Positions 57,073-64,000 of a stretch of 64,000 bases of DNA are shown here, one piece after another. The stretch is from NCBI GenBank assembly GCA_028534125.1, contig CM052828.1, forward strand, positions 28,026,001-28,090,000, in the 5' to 3' direction. The position numbers and the translations under genes were made by a program. The first letter of the stretch is position 1; every line of letters starts with the position of its first letter. Source of the stretch: Lama glama. Taxonomy: Eukaryota. The notes beneath the pieces are model-generated. The model had not been told where the DNA came from, ran no database searches, and was given only the letters and a program-made list of their open reading frames with translations.

Positions 57073-57715
57073 CAGGGAAAAAATGGATGAGAGTTACTTA
57101 TGTTCAGACCTTTTTGGCCCTAAGGAAAAACTCAGAGATATACAAGTGCTATGTAAGGGAACCATGTCAGCTGGGACCCATTCAGGCTATACAAGGCCTG
57201 CTCTAATAGCAACTCTGGAAAAATGCAAGCAGTGGACCCAAACATTTTCAAGGGACATACCATATTTGCAACCCACTTTATGAGCCAGTCTGCCCACGAT
57301 ATACTTAGAAAGCTTCAAAATCTTGTCATGGGGTTCCAAACCCCTTTTAAACATCTTGTTGATATGACCTCCAATGTCTTTAACAATAAAGACCTGACTG
57401 AGGGGGAAAGAAAGGAAAAGCATGACTTAAGAAGGGAGCAGTGGCAAGCCAAGCTTTTGGAAGCTCTCATGGCAAGAACTAACCCATCTCATGGTCACCC
57501 CAAAAGTACTCCCAGAAGACCCACACCAAAAAGGGAAACTGTTTTGGCTATGGGAGCCCTGAACACTGAAGGAAGAAATGCCCAGGAAGCTGGTCTAAGC
57601 CTCCACCCAAGATGTCACGCCTACTATGTAAAAATATGGGCCTCTGGAAGATGAAATGCTCTCAGCTTCAGAAAGAGCATAAAAATTCCCCAAACTAGCC
57701 ATAGCAGTGAATGAT
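56821..57715 (+). pseudogene. gag: Gamma-like (HERV-H/W-type) gag remnant
   Basis: Matrix motif KLIFFCNTTWPQYKIGDNE...NYNAILQLDL; capsid C-terminus HFMSQSAHDILRKLQ...VFNNKD (ORF 57223..57654); degenerate zinc knuckle CFGYGSPEH*RKKC. Confidence 0.88.
57026..57067 (+). repeat. (TA)n microsatellite inside gag matrix
   Basis: Directly visible. Confidence 0.97.
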
Positions 57716-57749
57716 AGATAGGACCCAAGACCTTCAAAGGCTCCTGAAA

Positions 57750-58060
57750 AGACAGTCATTATCATACAGGAGGAATCATGGATGACCATTGCCATAGCAA
57801 GTAAGCTTGTCCAGGTTCTACTGGACATGAGAGCCACTTACTCTGCCCTGACTTCTCATGCTGGGCCCCTAACCCCAAAAACCTGCTCTATTGTTCTGGT
57901 AAAAGGAAGGCCAGAGATAAAACATTTCATCATCCCTCTAATTTATACCTAGGAAAAAGCTATTATAATTCACAAATTCCTTGTCATGTCTGAGTGTCCC
58001 AGCTACTTTTTGGAAATGAATGTACTCACTGAATTTCAGAAAGTAATCCAATTGGGAGAC
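57750..58060 (+). pseudogene. pro: Retroviral aspartic protease remnant
   Basis: VLLDMRATYSALT (degenerate LLDTGAxxSxL) and HKFLVMSECP. Confidence 0.85.
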
Positions 58061-60533
58061 TCTTAAATAAAAGACACCTAAAAAAAAAAAAAAAAAAAGA
58101 AGGCTGCTTTTGGCCTTGGAAGCTGCCTAAATCCCAAGCCAGTGGAAGTCTCCTTCTACCCCATATTGTTTCTTAGGTAAACCCTGCTGTCTGCAACACT
58201 GAGTTCCCTGACAGCACTACTATTGTCAGGCTACTATCAAAATGAGACCACTTGAGTCTGTAGGTGAGCCTCTTCAAATCAAACTGAGAAACAAAAGCCA
58301 TAATTAAAAAAAATTCTCAAATCCAGGAAGGATCCTCAAAAGTGTTTGTAAATAGATTTCCAACATGGAAAACAACCAGTCTGACTAAACTGATCATAAC
58401 TGATATTCAGAGCCTGATAGAAATTTTCGGGAGGATTCTTCTATAAGCTTCTTAAAAAAAAAAAACTTGTTTTACAAATCTAGTCTTTATAAAACTTAAA
58501 ATAAAAAAACTCTCAAAAAAAGTAAATGTAAACAAAATAGAAGCTTTTAGGTAAACTGTACTAAAATAATTATGTCTTTAAAATATCTATCTAAAATAGT
58601 CTCTCCAGATTTTGGTACTTAAAACTTAAAACTAAGTTGAATAAAGAGAACTCATTATTGAATCAGAGCAGCCAAACAGCAGAGTAGGACACTCTTAGCT
58701 CACCCTCTCTCATGAATATATCAAGAGAGACATCCACAGACCCATCCATTCACTCAGAACACTTCTTGAAATTTGACAGAACATCATCTTCTTCAAAAGA
58801 CAAAATTTGTCGCAAATGTGGTAAGAGGAAAAAAAAAGAAAACAAAGGAAATTAGTGCAATGTCAGTCCTGCAGGGAGGGAGCGGCAAAGAAGGAATAGC
58901 ACTCTTAGGCTGGGCCTCCCCACCTCCAGTGGAGAAGTCAGCAGGGGTGGAGGGGGGACCTCTGAGGCTTGGATCTGTACAGAACAGCCTTGACCAACAG
59001 AACTAAGTTAAATGGGCACAAAATGTCCCTGCAATACCCCAGCCCTAGAAATGAACCAGAGTGGGACAAGACAGGTTGCCTAAACTAGGCAGAGGACAGA
59101 GGCTGACTATACAGAGGCAAACTCAAGGAACTGGAGGGTGTTGTGGGCTGTGGCTGGGAGGGTATACAGAGCAGAACAAACTGTGTCCCTCATAACTTTT
59201 ATTTAAAAAGCAAAGCAACACTGCTGGTGTACTCTGGGGGAAAGGGCACCATAGACTTTGTCTCTGCAGACTCACAGCAAAATTGCTGGCTCATTCTTGG
59301 GAGAAGAGAGGTGGGGCCTAGCCATAGTCACCATATGAGCTTCTCTCAGGCAGAGGTGGGGTTGAAACCTGAATTAGTACCCAGGGACTCGGCAAAATTA
59401 CAGGTGGAGATGAGATTTGTTTACAGCCCCAGGCAGAGGGGACTGTTCTGCTCCAAGGGTGCCTTTGTGGACTCTTGCCTCTAAGACAAACAAGCAAGGA
59501 ATGGAGTTTTGGCACACAGTAGGTGTGAGTGTTGGTGCAGCCCTTTTTCTGAGAACCTGCTTCTGTGAGCACAGTGCTGGGAGAAGAACAGACTGGGGAC
59601 CTGCAGGCCTCTGGAATGAGCTAGCGGAGTTCACACAGTGGGTGAGGGAAGGAGCAGCTTTTGGCCCTGGGGAAGACTTACCAGAAATCAGCATTATGGC
59701 ACCAGTACCTCTGAAGGCCGAGAACCCAGAGGACACCAGAGCAGCTCACTAACATTTTTGCAGCTAAAGCAGGGACAAGGGCAGAGTCAACAAAGATTAC
59801 TTAAAGCAATCCAACCTAGCCTACTAGATACCACAACTCAGAAAGGGGTCTTGAAGCTTCCATTCCAACACAAGGGCAACAGAACCAGTCTGTATAAGGG
59901 CTTTGACAACCACAGAACTAAAAGAGGCCCACTCAATAGTCAGGGAAGTCTCTGGTCACCACAAAAATGGACACACCCCAAATCAAAGAGATAACAGCCA
60001 AAAGACACAGAAGGAAGACCAAGACAACAACCATACTTAAAGTAGACATCACAGCAAAATTATTAGCAGTGCACAGTCTACACAGGAACACATATTCTTT
60101 TTTTCTTTGTTTTTTTCTTTTTATCTTTTTTATTTATTTAATTTTTTGTTCAATTTATGTTCTTAAATTTCTTTTTAAAATTATCTTTTCTTTTTATTTT
60201 TTAAAATTTTGAAAAAATCCTGTTTGTTTTTATTTTTATTTTTTGCTCTCCTGTTATTTATTTTATTCTGTTTTCAAGTATGTTTTCTTCTTTGTAAACT
60301 TAACTATTAAAATATATCTTTGATATATTTTATTTATTTATATTTGCTTTAATATTTTCTTCTTTCAAAATTTTATTAGCTTTTTAAAAATATTGATAAA
60401 TTCTTTGTTGTTTTATTTTATTTGCTTTTTGTTCCTTTTAGTTTTATATCCACATCCTCCTAAAAAAAAAAATCAAGATAAAAGTTGATAACTGATACTT
60501 GATAATCCATAGTGTCAGAGAGGTATAAATAAA

Positions 60534-61419
60534 ATGAAAAAACAGGTGAACCATTCCCAATTAAAAGAACAAGAGAAATCCCCTGAAAGAATGATCAATT
60601 AAATAGACCTAAATAGACTACTAGACCATGATTTCAAAAGGGGGTTATCAAAGCACTGAAAGGGCTAAAAGAGATTATGAACAGAGACAAAGATATGTTA
60701 AAAAGAAAATTGAAACTAATAAGAGGAGTCAATTACAAACAAAATACTTAATGCAAAGATAAAAGCTGATCTAATGGCTGTCAAAAGTGGAGTAGACAAT
60801 GCAGAGGAATAAATAATTGACTTAGAAGACAAAATAACAGAAGTCACCCAATCAGAACAGCAGACAGAAAAGCAAATAAAAAAATGAAAGCAATATAAGG
60901 GACATCTGGGATAATATAAGTCATGCTAATCTATGCATAACAGAGGTCCCAGAAGGAGAAGAAAGAGCAAAGGGGATTGAAAAGGTATTTGAAGAAATCA
61001 TGACTGAAAGCTTCCCAAACCTAAAGAAGGAATCAGATATCCAAGTACAGGAAGCACAGAGGGTCTCCAGCATGGAGAACCCAAACAGACCTACACCAAG
61101 AAATGTTATAACAAGATGGTCAAAGTTACAGATAAAGACATAATTCTCAAAGCAGCAAGAGAGAAACAAAGAGTAAGTTATAAGGGAACCCCAAGGAGGA
61201 TTTTAGCTGATTTCTCTACACAAACACTGCTGGTCAGAAGGGAGTGGCAAGATATATTCAAAATCCTAAGTGAGAAAAGGCTGAAACCTAAGATAGACAA
61301 TCCAGCACGGCTATGCTTTAGAATAGAAGGAGAGATAAAGAAATTCAGATGAGAAAAAAGTAAAGGAATTCAGCAGTAGTAAACCTATGCTAAAAGAAAT
61401 TTTGAAAGATCCACTCTAA
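60534..61419 (+). pseudogene. L1 ORF1p, disrupted
   Basis: ORF 61116..61352 (ILKAAREKQ, RREWQDIFK, PARLCFRIEGEIK). Confidence 0.92.
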
Positions 61420-61807
61420 ATTAAGAAAAAAAAAGTGGAATGCAATAGAAAGGAGAAAACCTTAAGTGAATAGACAATAACTACAATGAGTTACAAGGGA
61501 TAAACATTAAGATGTAAAAGAGGACATCAAAATTATGGGTAGGGGAAGGAAGCAAGAAAATATAGAATTTTGTTCTTTTTAGGATGTTTGAGCTTACATG
61601 ACTATTTATCTGAAGCAAACAGATATAGTAATGAGTAAAAATAGTTCAAAAACAAGGTAACCACAAGCAAAAAGTATATACAAGGGTTACCAAAAAAAAA
61701 AAAAGTAACCATGTTAATACAAAAGAAATTCATCAAACCACAAAAAGAAAAACATAATGAAAGGAACAAAGAGGAAATACCAAATCAACTGCAAAACAAA
61801 GTTCAAA

Positions 61808-64000
61808 ATGGCAATAAACACACATCTTTTGATAATCACTGTACATGCCAATGGGCTAAATCCTCCAATCAAAAGAAATAGAATGGCAACTGGATAGTAA
61901 AACAAGAAACTACAATATACTGCATACAAAAGAATCACTTTAGGGAAAAGGACACATATAGATTGAAGGTGAGAGGATACAAAAAGATACTTCATGCAAA
62001 TGAAAATGACAAGAAAGCAGGAGTAGCAATATTGATTTCACACAAAATAGACTTTAAACAAAGGCCATAAAGATAAATAAGGCCGATATAAAATGATTAA
62101 AGGAGCAATACAAAATAAGGATATTATACTCACTAACATATATGCATCCAATATAGGAGGACCTAAATATATAAAGCAAATACTAACAGAAATAAAGGGA
62201 GAAACTGATGGGAGTACAATCACAGTAGGAGACTTCAACATCACATTAGAATCATTGGACAGATATTCCAGACAGAAAATTAATCAGGCAATGGAGAAAT
62301 TAAATGACACATTAGAAAAAATGGACTTGGTTGTTATTTTCAGAACATTACATTCCCTCAAAATAGAGTATATATTCTTTTCAAGTGCACATGGAACATC
62401 TTCTAGGATAGATCATTTTCTTGGGGATAGAAGAAGCATCAACAAATTTAAGAGGATAAAAATTATTTCAAGCATCTTTTCTGACCAAAATGCCATGAAA
62501 CTAGAAATTAACCACAGACAAAGAGAAAAAAGACAGCATGTAGACTAAACAATATGCTACTAAACAAACAAACAAACAAACAAACAAATGGGTCAATGAT
62601 AGAATCAAAGAAGAAATTTAAAAAAAATACTTTTATAGAAACAACAATGAAAAATCAATCAAAGAGAATCTATGGGATACAGAAAAATCAGTCCTAAAAG
62701 ACAAGTTCATAGTGATACAGGCCTTTCTCAAAAAAGAAGAATAATCTAAAGTAAATAACCAAACCTACCATGTAAAAGAATTAGAAAAAGAGAAACAAAC
62801 AAAACCAAAATTCAAAAAGAAGAAAATAATAAAAATCAGGGGTAAATGAATGAAATATGGATTAAAAAAAAAAGAAAGAGAAAAAACAATAATCAAACCA
62901 AGAGCTGGTTTATTGAAAGAGTAAACAAATTTGACAAACCTCTGGGCAGGATCATCAAGAAGAAAAGAGATAAAATACAAATAAATAAAATAAGGAAGGA
63001 AAATTAAGAAATTACAACCTATACCACAGAAATACAAAATATCTTAAGAAAATACTGTGAACAACCATATGAAAACAAACTGAATAACGTAAAAGAAACG
63101 GACAAGTTTCTGGTAACATACAGTCCACCAAAACTAAATCAAGAAGAAATAGACCACATGAACATACAAATTCCTAGAAATGAAATAGTATTAGCAATAT
63201 CCTCCCTGCAAACAAAAGTCCAGGACCAGATGGCTTCACTGGGGAATTCGACCAAACACACAAAGAACTCATACTGATCCTTCTCAACTCTTCCAGAAGA
63301 TTGAACATAAAGGAGAACTCTCAAACACATTCTATGAAGCCACCATCACTCTAATACCAAAACCAGACAAAGACACTACCAAAAATAAAAATTACAGGCC
63401 AATATCACTGATGAACATAGATGCAAAAATCTTCAAAAAATATTAGCAAATAGAATCCACCAATACATAAAGCAGATTATACCCCATGATGAAGTTGGAT
63501 TCATCCCAGGAATATAAAGTTGGGTCAACATATGCAAATCAATCAATGTGATACACCACATCCACAGAAGAAAGGACAAAAAACACATTATCATCTCGAT
63601 AGATGCAGAAAAAAATTTGATAAAATTTAACATCCAATTATGACAAAAAGCCTTACCAAAGTGGGTATAGAAGAAGCATATTTCAACATAATGAAAGCTA
63701 TTTTATGAGAAACCTACAGCCAGCATAGTACTCAGTGGTGAAAAACTCAAAAGCTTCCCACTAAAATCTGGAACAACAGAAGGTTGCTCACTCTCACCAC
63801 TTCTATTCAACATAGTTTTGGAAGTCCTAGCCACAACAATCAGGCAAGAAAAAGAAATTAAAGGGATCCAAATTCAAAGAGAAAAGGTAAAATTATTACT
63901 ATAAGCAGATGACATGATACTATGTATAGAAAACCCTAAAAGCCCCACAAGGAAAAAAAAAGAAATTACTAGACCTAATAAAAGAATATGGCAGGTAGCA
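61808..64000 (+). pseudogene. L1 ORF2p N-terminal half, disrupted
   Basis: ORF 62093..62548 (NIYASN, VGDFN, SRIDH, FSDQNAMKLEIN). Confidence 0.94.

Larger units (their letters stand above)
55420..58660 (+). mobile_element. ERV internal region (leader, gag, pro, pol stub), interrupted by L1
   Basis: Follows the LTR; GC-richer ~1.4-kb leader; gag and pro motifs as listed separately. Confidence 0.88.
58665..64000 (+). mobile_element. 5'-intact LINE-1 running past the window end, inactive
   Basis: 5'UTR homologous to rc 20640-21500; ORF1 and ORF2 up to the RT ADD motif at ~63905. Confidence 0.97.

Noticed and set aside
57223..57654. Domesticated gag-derived gene (143-aa ORF)
   Set aside because: Only a capsid C-terminal fragment that shifts out of frame before the zinc knuckle; flanking gag is disrupted.
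58773..59994. ORF0-like or novel ORFs in the L1 5'UTR
   Set aside because: Short overlapping ORFs on both strands are expected in GC-richer DNA. Similarity between 58773..59006 and 21194..21391 is explained by UTR homology alone.
590..63633. Many hydrophobic F/L/I/S-rich ORFs of 60-150 aa that look like membrane proteins
   Set aside because: They are antisense or off-frame translations of A-rich L1 sequence.

Overview
Mammalian, AT-rich, gene-desert-like (or deep-intronic) DNA. I can support no host exon and no intact protein-coding gene. About 60% of the window (my rough tally, ~40 kb) is decayed LINE-1. It includes three 5'-intact young copies (14360-21505 minus; 43945-50802 plus; 58665 to beyond 64000 plus) and several older, truncated or nested copies. 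A tRNA-derived SINE at ~9860 resembles the camelid Vic-1 family, suggesting a camel, llama or alpaca genome. There is also a class I (gamma-like, HERV-H/W-type gag) ERV remnant with its 5' LTR, a same-family solo LTR in inverted orientation ~690 bp upstream, ancient MaLR, ERVL and L2 relics, and microsatellites. Nearly all ORFs in the supplied track are L1 or ERV fragments or their antisense shadows. I found no convincing new biological system. The most notable structures are a ~350-bp triplication and a ~1-kb deletion in one L1 5'UTR, the head-to-head LTR pair, the internally deleted ERV, and two CTCF-like motifs in unique DNA. Repeat family names come from recall of consensus sequences, not database searches, and boundaries are approximate.
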